NCBI RefSeq assembly: GCF_018977255.1
Contig: NW_024704743.1
Coordinates: forward strand, 54,686,001 to 54,750,000
Length of the DNA: 64,000 nucleotides
Direction of reading: 5' to 3'
Source of the DNA: Callorhinchus milii
Taxonomy: Eukaryota
Positions 1 through 12,587 of the stretch are shown here, piece by piece. The notes under the pieces are model-generated. The model saw only the letters and a list, made by a program, of their open reading frames with translations. It was not told where the DNA came from and did no database searches. The translations under genes were made by a program, and so were the position numbers. Within the stretch, counting starts at the first letter, position 1, and every line of letters starts with the position of its first letter.

Positions 1-2791
1 GGGAAGGCCGGCGAGGAGAGAGTTCCCATAGTCCAGCCTTGAGGTGACAAAGGCGTGGACCAGGGTTTCAGCAGCGTGAGGGGTGAGGTAATGCCGTAGT
101 CTGGCGATGTTCCGGAGGTGATGGAAGGCGGTGCCAGTTGTGGTGCGGATGTGAGGGAGAAAGGACAGCTCAGGGTCGAACAAAACGCCGAGGTTCCTGA
201 CTGGCTTTGAGAGGTGGAGAGTGCAGCCTTGGATGCTGATGGTGTCAGCGCCTGAGGTGCGGAGGCGCTGACGTGAGCCAATCAGGAGGGCCTCGGTTTT
301 TCGCACGTTGAGCTGAAGAAAGTTGTCTCTCGTCCAGGACTCGATGTCGGACAGGCAGGCTGTCAGGACATCGGTGGTCGTGGAGTTGAGAGTAGAGGAG
401 GAAAGGTAGAGTTGGGTGTCATCCGCATACATGTGGAAGTTAACTCCATGTCTGCGGATGATGTCACCAAGGGGGAGCATATAGAGGGTGAAGAGGAGGG
501 GACCGAGGACAGAGCCCTGAGGGACACCACATGAGACAGTGCGGGGGGTGGAGGAGAAGCCATTCGTCGAGACGAAATGAAGACGGTGAGAAAGGTACGA
601 CCTAAACCATTCAAGGACAGTGCCTTGAAGGTTGAGGTGGGAGGACAAGCGGTGGAGTAGGATAGCGTGGTCGACCGTATCGAATGCTGCCGATAGGTCG
701 AGGAGGACGAGGAGACAGAGGGAGCCCTGGTCACAGATGGTCAGGATATCATTGGTGACCTTGACCAGGGCAGTTTCTGTGCTATGGGCAGCACGGAAAC
801 CTGACTGAAGGGGTTCGAAAAGAGAATGGGTGGAAAGGAAAGAGCGCAGTTGGGAGGCGACAACTCTTTCCAAGACCTTGGAGAGAAAGGGGAGGTTGGA
901 GATGGGCCGGTAGCTTGATAGCTGCGACGCATCAAGGGAGGGTTTTTTCAGGGTGGGCGTGATGATGGCAGTTTTTAATGGAATGGGGACAGAGCCAGAG
1001 GAGAGGGACAGGTTGATGATGTCAGTGATATGTGGGGCAAGAAAGTGGAGCTGGGAGATAAGGAGTGGAGTGGGGATGGGGTCAAGGGAGCAGGTGGTTG
1101 GTTTTAGGGATAGGATGAGTTCAGTGACAGAGGGTGGGGAAACGGGTACGAAGGTGTGTAGGGGAGGATGGGTAGGAGTCGGAGTGTGGGAGGGAAGGGG
1201 TGGGTGGTGGGTGGAAGTTGGAGGGGAAGTGACCGCGGAGCGGATTCCCTTGATCTTGGATTCAAGGAAATCCAGCATCTCCTCGCAGTGAAGGTTGGAG
1301 GAGATGACCTGCGCGGGGTGGCGGGGGGACGGAGGAGTCGGGTTGTGGTGGAAAACAGTAGCCTGGGGTTGTTCTTCGCCTCCAGGATTATCCTGGAGTA
1401 GAAGGACGACTTGGCCGAGGCTAGAGTGGAGCGGTAAATTTTGAGGAGGTCCAGCCAGATTTGTCGGTGGACCGTTAGGCCAGATTTGACACAGGTGCGT
1501 TCAGCAGCCCGCACCTGGCTTTTCAGTGAGCGGAGGTGGGTGGTGTACCAGGGGGAGGAGCGGGAGTAGGAGACAGTGCGGGAAGTGATGGGGGCAAGAG
1601 TATCGAGTGTGGAGGAGAGGGTATTGTGGAGGAGGGAGAGAGGAGAAGAGGGGTCGGTGAGGGTTGAAGGCCAGAGGGAGAGGAGTTCAGAGGACTCCAA
1701 GGCATCGGTTAGGGATTGTGGGGGTAACTTCTTCCAAGGGCGGTAGAAGATGGTGGTGGGTCTGGTGGAGGTGGGGAGGGGGGTGGAGGTGGTGAAGGAG
1801 ATGAAGTGGTGGTCAGAGATGGCCTTGTCGGTAATAGTGACATCCGAGACACTGAGGCCCCGGGTGATCACCAAATCGAGTGGGTGGCCGTGACTGTGAG
1901 TGGGGGAGTTTATGTGTAAGGAGAGGTTGAGTGAGGAGAGCAGGGAAGAGAAGTCTGTGGAGATGGAGCAGGAGGGGGTGAAGTGTAGGTTAAAGTCGCC
2001 CAGGATGATGAGGCGATCGGAGCAGAGGCAAAGAGATGTGAGGAGTGTTGAAATGTCAGAGATGAAGGTGGGAGAGGTTTTAGGGGGCCGGTAGAGGAGG
2101 AGGATTTTAAGGGAGAGGAATGAGGGGTGGGAGAGGGTGAGGTGCTCAAAGGAGGGGAAAGAGCCAGTGGAGTAGGGGGATAGGGCAAGTGGTGTCCTTG
2201 AGATAAGGGCAACACCACCGCCACGGCGGTTGGGGCGGGGGATGTGGTGGGAGGTGTAGCCGGGTGGCGTGGCCTCCGTGAGGGGGAAGGTGTCGCCTGG
2301 GGTGAGCCACGTTTCTGTCAAGGCCATGATATCAACGTTCTCATCAAGGATGAGATCGTTGATGACCAGGGCCTTGTTGCAGAGGGAGCGGACATTTTGC
2401 AGTCCGATGTGGAGGGAGCGGTTGACAGAAGGGTGTGTGGGAGGGGAGGGGGGTCCAGGTTGTGAGGCAGGGGTGGGGGAATGGGGATGAGGGAGGAGAG
2501 GTTGACTCCCCGGGTCTGTGTCCGGGGTGGGTGGCGAGTGTGGTGGGGAATGGGGCAGTCGGTGTGGCTGCTGCTGGACAGCCAACGCCGAGTGCCACGG
2601 TGAGCCCGGCGGAGGATTCCCAGGCTGGAACAGAGGGAGGTTGTGGGAGGGTCAAGTGGGGATAGAAGACGAGAGGGACGGAGAGAGAGGAGGAGAGAGC
2701 GGGAGAGATGCAGAGGGGGAAGGGTTTGGGGGGAGAGAGGAGGGGGGTGGGAGGGAGGGGGTGAGGGGGCTCGGGTCAAAGCGGCAGCCAT
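1..2791 (-). pseudogene. L2 ORF2 (endonuclease + reverse transcriptase), frameshifted at homopolymer runs, truncated by window edge
   Basis: The frame of ORF 2318..2800 carries the L2 ORF2 N-terminus (LHLSRSLLLSL..LGILRRAHRGTRR..RGVNLSSLIPI). It shifts near 2430-2460 into ORF 1104..2585 (endonuclease), and again near 1315-1330 (..[18 protein letters not shown]) toward the RT. YADD lies at ~418-429. Confidence 0.85.
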
Positions 2792-3120
2792 AGTGCGCAC
2801 GCGGGGACCGGGAGCGAGCGGTCAGGTGGATGGCATTATCCCGTAGATTGGGGCAGCGAACGCAACAGGACCATAGTGGGCTCTGATGTGAGCCCTGGGG
2901 GGGGGGGGGGGCGCAGAGGGTTTGTTTTTTTTTTTTTTTTTTTCGTGCGCGCGCACGTACCTGAAAACTAATCTATGACGTCGCAGTTCCCCCGCTCCGC
3001 CCCCACACCTCCCTCCCCTCCCCCTAGCTGCACTCGCTCCGGCGTCGAGTTTAAGTACCTGGGTCAGTAGGCCCAGGCTCCTCCCCGCGCTGTCCTGCCG
3101 CCGCTCCCCGAACTCAGGAT
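1..3120 (-). mobile_element. Young L2-clade LINE with 5' end present (GC/CpG-rich 5' UTR ~2800-3120); 3' end lies beyond the window start
   Basis: Minus-strand translation gives an APE endonuclease (GLQNVRSL, ALTETWL, LYRPPK, ILGDFN, GHPLDLV, SDHHFI) followed by reverse transcriptase ([68 protein letters not shown]). CpGs are retained. Confidence 0.95.
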
Positions 3121-3124
3121 GCTT

Positions 3125-3480
3125 TGTGTGCCCTGAACAAAAACGTGTAAAAAGTACCTCCGGCTGCTCGAGCTTGAGTTCAGGGATTCTAAGCTTGAAA
3201 AAAGGTTAGAGTCACTACATAGCTTATGGGAGGCTGAAGATTTCATTGGATCGAACGTTTCAGGAGGTGGTCACCCCACAGCCACAGAGGGTTCAGAAGA
3301 AGAGTGAGTGGGTGACCACCCAGCGCAGTAGGAAGAGGGAACAAGCAGTGCAGAAATCCCCTGAGAGTGACACTCACAAACCGGTTCTTTGTATGAATAC
3401 CAGTGAGGGTGATGACACCTCAGGAGAGAGGAGTCAAAAGCAAATGGATGCATAGGGGAACACAGGAAAGAGGGTCAATG
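3125..3480 (+). mobile_element. CR1 LINE ORF1 N-terminal fragment (Zn-finger/coiled-coil region), degenerate
   Basis: Translates CKKYLRLLELEFRDSKLEKRLESLHSLWEAEDF / DRTFQEVVTPQ..EWVT, typical of vertebrate CR1 ORF1p. Confidence 0.75.
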
Positions 3481-3489
3481 CAGTTGTCA

Positions 3490-3574
3490 TTAATAATAAT
3501 AATAATAATAATCCTTGCATTTGATATAGCGCTTTTCACGTCGGGAGGACGTCCCAAAGCGCTTCACAGAACAT
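3490..3574 (-). mobile_element. 3' tail only of the young SINE
   Basis: Reverse complement of gttctgtgaagcgctttgggacgtcctcccgacgtgaaaagcgctatatcaaatgcaagg(att)n. Confidence 0.9.
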
Positions 3575-3640
3575 ACGCCTGTCTGCTCCTTTCACCATTG
3601 TGTCATTGGGGACACAATGGTGAAAGGAGCAGACAGGCGT
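3575..3640. repeat. Perfect 30 bp inverted repeat with 6 nt loop
   Basis: acgcctgtctgctcctttcaccattgtgtc (3575-3604), loop attggg, exact reverse complement at 3611-3640. Confidence 0.97.
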
Positions 3641-3674
3641 TTCTGCAACCAAAGACGTGACTCTCGCATGGTAT

Positions 3675-4570
3675 ATTGTCCTGACAGTCTGCCTGTCAGA
3701 CATCAAATCCTGAATAAGAGCTAACCTTCTACAGTTGAACGTCAGCAAGACCGAGGCTCTCCTGATTGGCTCCCACCAACACCTCTGCACCTCACGCACT
3801 GGCAGCATCAGCATCCAAGATGTACACTCCACCTCACCAAGCCAGTCAGGAACCTAGGCATCTTGTTCAACCCTCAACTGTCCTTTCTCCCCCACATCTG
3901 CGTCATAAGCCGTTCTGCCTTCCACCGCCTCCACAACATTGCCCAACTCTGCCACTGCCTCACACTGCCGAAACTCTCCTACATGCCTTCATTACAACCA
4001 GGCTCAACTATGCCAATGCCCTGCTTGTCGGCCTTCCTAACTGTTCTCTGCACAAGCTGCAGATCATCCAGAATACTGCAGCTTGTGTCTTCTTCTACAC
4101 CAGGCTCTATGATACCATCACAGCCACCCTTGCTTGGCTCCACTGGCTCCCCATTCCTCAAAGGATTGACTTAAAAATTTTCATCCTCAATTTCAAGGTC
4201 CTCCATAGCCTTGCCCCCTTTCTCTGACCTGCTAACTCATTATCAACCTGTCCCTTTCCTCCACTCAGCAGGCCCAGCCTGCTCCATAACCCCTGCCCGG
4301 CCCACCCCACCATCGGAGGTCGGACCTTCAGCCTCTCTGCCCCCACCCTCTGGAATTTCATCCCACATTCCCTTCACCTCACTCCCTCCATTGCCTCCTT
4401 TAAGGCACACCTCAAGCCTCCACCAAACATGCCTTCAGCCAACCTCCTACCCTCCACCCTCCCTGATCCCAACACCCCCACCCCTGCTTGGGTCCTAATC
4501 CCTGACTGTTAAGCACCTTGAGACATCCTCCCTATGTGAAAGGCGCTTTACAAACTCAATTTTGTATTGT
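3675..4570 (+). mobile_element. 5'-truncated L2 fragment (RT C-terminus and 3' tail)
   Basis: [57 protein letters not shown]; tail gtgaaaggcgctttacaaa..ttttgtattgt. Confidence 0.9.
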
Positions 4571-4571
4571 A

Positions 4572-5200
4572 TGGTGCCAGGGTTGAAGACATCATGGAAT
4601 GGGTGCAAAACGTTCTACAGAGGAAAGGGGAACATCCAGAAGTCATGGTCTGTGTTGGGATCCATGACAGGGAAAATAAGGGCTGAGATCCTACAGGGAG
4701 AGTGTCAGAAGCTAGGGAAAAAGCTAAAGAGTAGGACCTCAACGGTGGTGATCTCTGGATTACTCCCAGTGCCTCGTGCATGTGAGTATTAAAGCAGTAG
4801 GATCAAACACATGAATGCATGGCTGGAGAAATGGTGCAGAAAGGAAGGCTTCAGATTCCTGGAAATTGGAACCAGTTCTGGGCAGGTGGGACCTGTACAA
4901 GGTGGATGAGTTACACCTAAACAGAGCTGGGACCACTGTCCTCGCAAGGAGGTTAACTAGTGTTGTGGGAAAGGGTTTAAACTAATTTTGAGGGGGGGAA
5001 GGGAATCAGGATGCAGCATCAGAGAGGAGAAACAAGTTACATAGAGGACTGGGAGAGACAAATAGCAATGCAAGAAGGAGTAGTCCAGAAAAAGGAGTGG
5101 GGATTAGATGGGAGATAAATGCAGAACAGACTATGTCAGTTTTGGAGTGCATGTGTGTAAATGCATGGAGTGTGACAAATAAGATTGGTGAGCTGCTGGG
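4572..5200 (+). mobile_element. CR1 ORF1 SGNH-esterase domain plus start of ORF2 endonuclease, degenerate; continuation of 3125-3480
   Basis: GARVEDIMEWVQNVL..EHPEVMVCVGIHD, LKSRTSTVVISGLLPVPRA, MNAWLEKWCRKEGFRF, LYKVDELHLNRAGT..GKGLN*, then CMCVNAWSVTNKIGEL. Confidence 0.85.
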
Positions 5201-5689
5201 GCCAGGGTGGTGTGTTAATATTGCCTGTGAGGGAATTAATAGAAATAGGCAGATGTTGAAATGAATGAATTTTCTAGAGCTTTAGCTTGGTTACCTTTGA
5301 GGTCAGGAAAAATCCATCAACACATTTCCCTAGGGGACAGAGTGAATGAAGTTTACCATAGGGTAGTAGGTTATGGGTGACTGTGAAATGAGTGGGCTTG
5401 ATGGGCCAAGTTTATTTGGGAGTTTCCTTCATTATTTGTTTTTACAAATATTTTCACTCTGCCTCCATATGGAGAAGTTAGTTTCTGTGGTGCTTTGCAG
5501 TCTTGGCACTTAGGCTTTGATTAATCATATTTTTGTTAGTGATTGACTTGGGTTGGAGCTACTGGTGAAATATTACTTGTATCTCCACCTGACAGATTTC
5601 CATCTTTTGTATTATCTGTTATTATTTAAAGGTACTTGAACAATCTGAATCTGAACTGCATTACTGTGTAAACTCATCTTCTGCCTATT

Positions 5690-5927
5690 ATTAATAATAA
5701 TAATCCTTGCATTTGATATAGCGCTTTTCACATCTTCTTGATGTCTCAAAGCGCTTCACAGAATAGACTGTAAAGTGAATTGACTGTACATTTGTGAGGG
5801 AAACGCGGCAGCCAATTGTGCACAGCAGTGTCCCACATACAGTCGTGGATTGAAAATGATAATTTTTTATTGTTTTGTTTTGGAGCGATTATTATTAGGC
5901 GTGTGGAGTAAGGAAACTTGCCCAAGT
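5690..5927 (-). mobile_element. Young SINE, 5'-truncated (no tRNA head)
   Basis: Matches body and (ATT)n tail of the full-length copies. Confidence 0.9.
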
Positions 5928-6479
5928 TGGCTTCCTAGCAGCTAATTTCAGAGAATATGATACTCATAGTATACTCATGTTTATAAGTGTTATTTTAGCT
6001 GTTTCACTTCATAGTATTAGAATTATAATTACTGCAATAAATTAATTGTAGACAATGATTATTTTGAATGTAAGTGGCAGCAGTTTTCTTATGTTGTTTT
6101 ATTTCATGGAATGGTAACGTTCGTGGGATACCACAGGAAGGAAGTGGCAGTAAACAAATTGTGCTGGTGTGTTATGACTGATGCTAAAGGTAGTACATGA
6201 AGGGGAGGAAGTAGCTTGCAGCTGTTAAAGACGGGTAATAAGGGCAAAGGCTAGCAGTAGGACCCAGGATACAAAGGTGTTAAAACACTGTCTATTTTTA
6301 AATATATCAGTGAAGAACAAGCTGAGGCTGAGAATCAGAAGCAAATGTATTGACTGTAGACTCAGCAGTTGAGGCCTAATATATCTCATGGTTCTAACCT
6401 TGAATTTCTCATGGTCTGAGCCTTACGACTATTGTGTTCAATTTAAGGTCATGCAGAATTTTGTAAAATTCTGAGATTC

Positions 6480-6825
6480 AGCTTTAATGTGGTTTCCAGC
6501 TTTTGACATTTCTTGCTTTATCAAATGTTTCAAAATGCTTTACATTATTAAGTACAGTGATTATTTGTGTAACCAAAAGTGAGTCATTTTGAGCACAGCA
6601 AGCTCCTATAAACAAGCATTTTGTGAATGACCAATTAACCTGGACTTTCTCTTTTCAAATAGTTTCATGAGATCTTTAACATCTATCCGAAGAACAAGCA
6701 GACATGACCTTGGTTTTCAGCACTAGAGTATCAACCTAGACTAAAAGTTTAAGACCCAAGTTGCACTTGAACCCACAGCTTTCTAACCCAGAGGTGAGAG
6801 TGCTATCTATTGAACCAAGTTTACA
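6480..6825 (-). mobile_element. Old Deu-type tRNA SINE, degenerate
   Basis: Reverse complement of head tagcactctcacctctgggttagaaagctgtgggttcaag and body gttaaagatctcatgaaactatttgaaaagag. Confidence 0.65.
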
Positions 6826-6834
6826 TCTCTCTTG

Positions 6835-7080
6835 ATATCACTGAGCTAAGCGGTACTGCTTGGGAGTCCCCAAGTCTTGTTTTTTGCCAACCTGTGGCCA
6901 ATACTCTCCGAAATTAGGTAAGCAGGATGCGTGCTTTGGAGGGGAGCTAGGGTGCATGCCATTCCAAGCACTTGAATTTCCATATGAAGGTGGCATCTGT
7001 GGATCTCTCAATCTGGTTTGGATCCTCTTGAGAGTGGTGATGGGTTTCTGCATGTGTCAGACACTTGGCTGACAAAAAAC
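6835..7080 (+). repeat. Unclassified interspersed repeat, 3' part
   Basis: Aligns by eye to 61890-62100 (aatactctcc..ttaggtaagcagg..ccattcca..tctca..gtttggat..tcagacac..gctgac-A run). Confidence 0.75.
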
Positions 7081-7896
7081 AAAATGCATAAACTCATCTT
7101 CTCAAATGATCTCAAATTCTGTCAGATTTTAAATAAGAAGAGAATGATACTAAGGCTAAGAGCATGAGAATTTTAAGCTTAAGATTAAACAAGTACAGGT
7201 TTGAGACCCCACAGCCAAATAACTGGGCTGAAGTTCTGGTTGACATTAGATCCTTTGGTTGGATGCTAATGGGATTTCCCCTATAATAATTATGCATAGC
7301 TAAAAGTAATGTCAATTGGAACTTCAGCACAATCTTGTGTAAGGTGAGACATAGAATAGAAACAAAGCTCAACCAGGTACCGGGAGGCAAATATAACAGA
7401 TAAACACTGAAATAGACCAATATTCTAGGCTTATTTGAATGTCAGTGAGAAGTATTCACTAGCAGCTGATTTGTAAACAAAACTGAGCAAGGTGCAGACA
7501 ACAAAGGATGTGTGCTGACAAAAAAGAACCTGACAAAAACAAAGCTACTGGAACTGAAGGAAGGAAATGAGTTTTAGTAGCGGTGAGGTTTAATGCCATG
7601 GGGCACCTGAGAAACACTGAAATATATAAACTACTTATTCACTCAAGAGAACCATCTTATGTACGATTAGATGAATGTGATTTCAATATGAAAGGCTGCA
7701 AAATCAGAAAAGGGGAGAAATCAATTGCCAGTGCTGAAGCTAATATTGTTGTCCAAGCTGCACTAGAAAGGAAAGGGCAGTACTATTACTAACAAGCTAT
7801 GTGGTTTTAGCTAATTAGACTCCAGCAGTAACACAACGCACATTTCTGGAGTCTCCAAGTCTTGGATCTAAGACGTGATTTAGAATCACTGATGTA

Positions 7897-8250
7897 CAAC
7901 AACAACTTGCACTTATATAGCGCCCTCAACACAGGGTAGCATCTCAGAGCGCTTAACAGTGGCGGCGCCTGACTCCAGGCAGGAGGGAGGTGACTGTAAG
8001 CACGGTTGAAGAGGAAGGTTTTCAGGCGGTACTTGAAAAAGGGGAGAGAGGTGGCAAGGTGGAGGGATTGAGGGAGAACGTTTCACAGTTTTGGGGCATA
8101 GTGGTTGAAAGCGTGACCTCCAATGGTGGAGTGGAGGGTGTGAGGGACAAGCAGGAGGCCGGTGCCAGTCGAGTGGAGGTTCCGGGTGGTGGATTGGGGT
8201 GTGAGGAGATTGGAGAGGTAGGGAGGTGCCAGGAAGTGAATGGATATAGA
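7897..8250 (-). mobile_element. L2 3' fragment
   Basis: LAPPYLSNLL..IGGHAFNHYAPKL; (GTT)n tail at ~7897. Confidence 0.85.
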
Positions 8251-9326
8251 AACTAAATCAGACGTGATTTTCTTCTGCTTTGAAACGTGTCTCAAATAAA
8301 TGGACTATGCAACTACAAAACAGGTCACTGAAGCTGGTTCAATGTTTGCTGATGATCACACATTTTATAATAAATCACAAACCTTGTATTTAATATCTCG
8401 CTTTTCACTCTAGGAGGACGACTCAAAGTGCTTCACAGGATTTTGCTGTAAGATGTATTGATTGTTTATTTTGTAGGTGAATGTGGCAGCCAATTTATGC
8501 ACAGCAAAGACATATTTTGTATTTTACTGCACACCGTGGTCAATGACACCTGGTTTACATTGGAATGGTAGGAATCAGTTACAGTTACATTGTCTGCTAA
8601 TTTGTGTTTCTCAATGCAAGAGTGACGATGTGTACCTGATGTGTGAATGATAATATAACTAAACATCTAAAAGGTTTGGAAAAGCACACTTTCCAATCAT
8701 GTTGAAGTATGGATATCAGTTTACCCTCATTCTTGATATTTGACCAATCTAGGCTGTGTGGGTTGGGGGGGATACGTGGGGAGGAGAAATTGCAGCCTAG
8801 TCCAGTTCTGTCCTCCCCTAATGTTCCACTCCTTCCTCTCCCTATAAACATACTTACTTTTCAACAAAGACTATTCAATGGCAATCAATATTTGGGCTGA
8901 CTTTACCACTTCCTAAGCAAGTCTGCTCAGGCTAGCTGGAGTAGCCTAACCATTGGTCTGCCGTTGGGCCCTTGCCCACTAAGTTCCTTAGCAAAGCCTA
9001 AGGAAGAAGCTTGTGTCTGTCTATAAGGGTTGGATTCACACTCTGCAGAAGTTATACCGGTGAGTGATCAGGAGCCATGGGTCTTATTATTTGATTAGAT
9101 TGAGATAAGAGATCGAAAACGGCTGCATCATTTGTCATAAATTGGCAGAAGAGAAAAGCCATCAGGAAACACGGCTGGAGAATAACTAACTGGATCTGTT
9201 CCTTGCCACTTTGTGAAAATCCAGTGCTGTGGATGAAAAAATTCTGGATAGAATAAAATTTTAAGACAGAATGGTCTTCGAGGTTAAAATTAGGTAGAAT
9301 TTGGTCCTGACATTTCCGAAACATTC

Positions 9327-9850
9327 TACAACAACAAAAAAAATTATATTTATAGAGCGCCTTTCACGTCAGGAGGACATCCCAAAGCGCTGAACGGTCA
9401 GCTGTCTGGGCCCGAGCATGGGGGAGGGGTGGTGTAGGGGTGAGGGAAGGCAGAGAGAGGGGAGGGAGACCAAAGGCACGGTTGAAGAGAAGGGTCTTGA
9501 GACCGGCCTTGAAGGAGGCAAGGGAGGAGGTGAGATGAAGGGACCATGGGATGGAGTTCCAGAGTGTGGGGGGCAGAGAGGCTGAAAGCCTGGACATCGA
9601 TGGTAGGGCGGCAGACATGGAGCAGGTCGGAGCCTGATGAACGGAGGTAGCAGGTCAGAGAGGTAGGAGGGGGCAAGGCCATGGATGGCCTTAAAGGTGA
9701 GGACGAGGATCTTGAATTTGATCCTCTGGGTTATGGGAAGCCAGTGGAGTCGGGCGAGGGTGGGAGTGATGGGGTCGTAAGGCTGGTGCTTGAGAGTACA
9801 CGAATTGCAGAGTTTTGGATGATCTGCAGCTTGTGAAGGAATACAGCACT
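9327..9850 (-). mobile_element. L2 3' fragment
   Basis: [46 protein letters not shown]2 tail. Confidence 0.9.
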
Positions 9851-10879
9851 ATTGCTATGTGAATACATTTATGTCTGGCTCCCATCCTAACATAACTGCT
9901 GTTTCAGATATTCTATGCTTTGTCCAACACAATATTCTTGTGCTTTTTGTAAATGTCATCCTCTACCCATTTAATATTTTCTTTTATTCTCTTGTTTCAT
10001 GTATTCCTAAGAGCAGCGACCAGTGTATATTTGACTAATCTGACTTGTTTATCCAACATGAAAGATGTCTCAAACAAACACAATCTCTCATTGACAACAG
10101 CTAGGTAATATAGAGGTGACATTTGCTTGTAGAAATGGATAACCATAGACTCCACTGATGAATACCCATGCATTTATTGCTCATTTACTTACATGAGAAG
10201 GCACTGAATGTGACAGGCTGACGGAATAGAAACTGCGTTTGGAAACTACTTCTAATCAAGCACCAGGATAAGCTGATTATGAACAAAAAGCAGAGTGTAA
10301 AGGATAGATACACAGGGAATTCTTCAGATTCAGTGCTGGCACAATCTGTTAGCAAGGAGAAGCAGAAAGAGAAAGTGAGTATGACCACAGACCAACTGAG
10401 TGCGTGGGAAAGATTTTAAAAAAAAAATCCTAAATGACTTGGCAAACATTATTTATAACACTTCACTGTTACATGATGGAAAATAAATCCAAAGAATATT
10501 TTAATATAAATCCAAAGAAACAATATATGAATGTTTTAAGATGCTAATAAAGCAAAGTTTTAATTAAACATCACTGGGGGTAAATAAATTCAAATAATTC
10601 ATCTTAATATGTGATATTTGTAAATCAGATGTATTGCTGAATTATCACATATTAAACAGAATTTTGGCATAATTGGCATATTGCAAGTTTTGCTTTGCGA
10701 CTCATGATTTCGACATTTTCCCCCGTGCAAAAACAATGACTTTAGAATCCCAGATTTTGGTATTCCTGAAAAAAGGCACTTGCTTTCAGTTAACAGATTC
10801 AGTGATCCATACCACTGTAACAAGTTAGTTAGGAATGAGCTGATCCAAAACTCATTACCTGAATCTTCCCTGCACCAAA

Positions 10880-11312
10880 CTCTGCACACTCATCACTCCA
10901 ACCCTCCTTGGCTCTCACTGGAGCAATGTCAAGGCCCTCACCTATAAATCACTTTGTGCTCTATCATCTACCTGTCTTTCTGACTCTCTCCTAGCCCACT
11001 CTTCTGCTCGTCCTCTTCCCTTGGCTAACTGAGACTTGTTGCATATGCTGCCCATCCCCCACCACCCCACCCAACCTCTCCTCATAGGTGGCCAAGTCTT
11101 CAGCTACGACACTGCTAACCTCTGCAATGTCCTCCCTCTACCCCTATGTCTTGCCCTTCTATCTTTAAAAACTACCTCTTCGGTCATGACCCTCTTCTCC
11201 CCTCCCCTCTCCCTTGTACCTTTCTCAGTGTCCGACTCCATCCTAGTGAAGTGCTCCAAGATGTTATCCTACCTGAAGATCACTACTTTAAATGCAAGTT
11301 GTTGCTGTTGTT
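10880..11312 (+). mobile_element. Old L2 3' fragment
   Basis: Degenerate RT C-terminus; ends aaatgcaagttgttgctgttgtt. Confidence 0.7.
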
Positions 11313-11879
11313 TAGTTAATCGTATGAATGAAACATCTACAATTTCACTGACTTTGGCTTGTTCAGCTGTTTGCTGAGGGGAGCTCAGTGAAACAGACTG
11401 AATTCTAAGCATTGTGCAATTTAATATACCAATTGGCCTCATGTACTGTTTGATAATCTTCTTTGTGTTTTCATAACTTGCTTTTGTTTTGTGCAACCAT
11501 ATCCAGCACTGTAACTGAACTTGTTAATAAAAGGAGACAACACATATAAGAGCCAACTGTGAAGCTCTGAGGACTCTCATTACACAATATCCAGTAAATC
11601 TTGTTTTGCCAGCTGTTGTATTTGTTCCTGCATACACAGTTTTTGTGGGGAGCTACATAGATATTCTCATCTCTAGGTGATTGAGAAAACAGCATACCCA
11701 TAAACAGTAATATTTTGTATGGTCAACAGCCAGACTGTCCTAAATTTCTGCAAGCAGTATTATATTTTTCTCACAGGACATTAGGCACTGTTGTGTATTA
11801 AAGTTGTCTCTGCCAGATGCAAATTCATTTAGAAAAAGGTAACCAAGGAGTTTATTAAGGGTGTAAGCCTGGCTTAGTA

Positions 11880-12144
11880 GACCCGAGTTCAATTCCAGGC
11901 AGGGCGAAACCTTGGGCAAGTTTCCTTACTCCATACACCTAATAATAATCCCTCCAAAACAAAAAACAATAATAAATTGGTCATTTTCAATCCATGACTG
12001 TTTGTGGGACACTGCTGTGCGCAATTGGCTGCCACGTTCGCCCACAAATATACAGTCAATTCACTTTACAGTATATTCTGTGAAGCGCTTTGGGACGTCT
12101 AGAAGATGTGAAAAGTGCTATATCAAATGCAAGGATTATTATTA
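11880..12144 (+). mobile_element. Young SINE, 5'-truncated within head, nested in the A-box region of an old Deu-type SINE
   Basis: gacccgagttcaattccaggcagggcgaaaccttgggcaag...(att)n. Confidence 0.92.
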
Positions 12145-12587
12145 GTTCGTAGCACTCTCACCTCTGAGTCAGTAGGTTATAAGTGCATGTCCCACACGGA
12201 GACTTTGAGCTCACAGTTTAGGCAGACAATCCAGTACAGTGCTGGAGGCATGCTGCATTGTCAGAGAAATGATTCGGATGAGAGACATAAAATCAAGCTC
12301 TTGTCTGCCTGTTCAGGCAGATGTTAAAGATTCCATGGCACTACTTGAAAAGAGAAGGATGTTTCTTTTAAGTGTCCTGGCCAATAATCCTCCAAATACA
12401 ATTGGTCATTCACTTCAAGGCTGTTTGTAGAACATTGTGTCCAATTTATTATTATTATAATTTGGCTGCTGCATTTATCTAAGAACACACAGTCAATGTA
12501 ACTGCACAGTCATATCCTATAAAACGCTTTGAGATGTCTCAAAGATGTGATGAGATTCTATATGAAATCCAAAGGTGATGATTATTA
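12145..12587 (+). mobile_element. Old Deu-type tRNA SINE (first bases displaced to ~11862-11878)
   Basis: gtagcactctcacctctgagtcag head; ggatgagagacataaa..gttaaagattccatggcactacttgaaaagag body; L2-like tail. Confidence 0.85.

Noticed and set aside
363..2846. Many overlapping Pro/Ser- or Gly-rich ORFs
   Set aside because: Alternative frames and antisense of the C-rich L2 ORF2.
9052..9324. 90 aa ORF preceded by an acceptor-like sequence
   Set aside because: The acceptor comes from an L2 tail, the donor is weak and there is no recognisable homology.
10599..10889. CRVWCRED peptide resembling an integrin PSI CGWC motif
   Set aside because: It abuts an L2 remnant on the opposite strand and lacks the other PSI cysteines.
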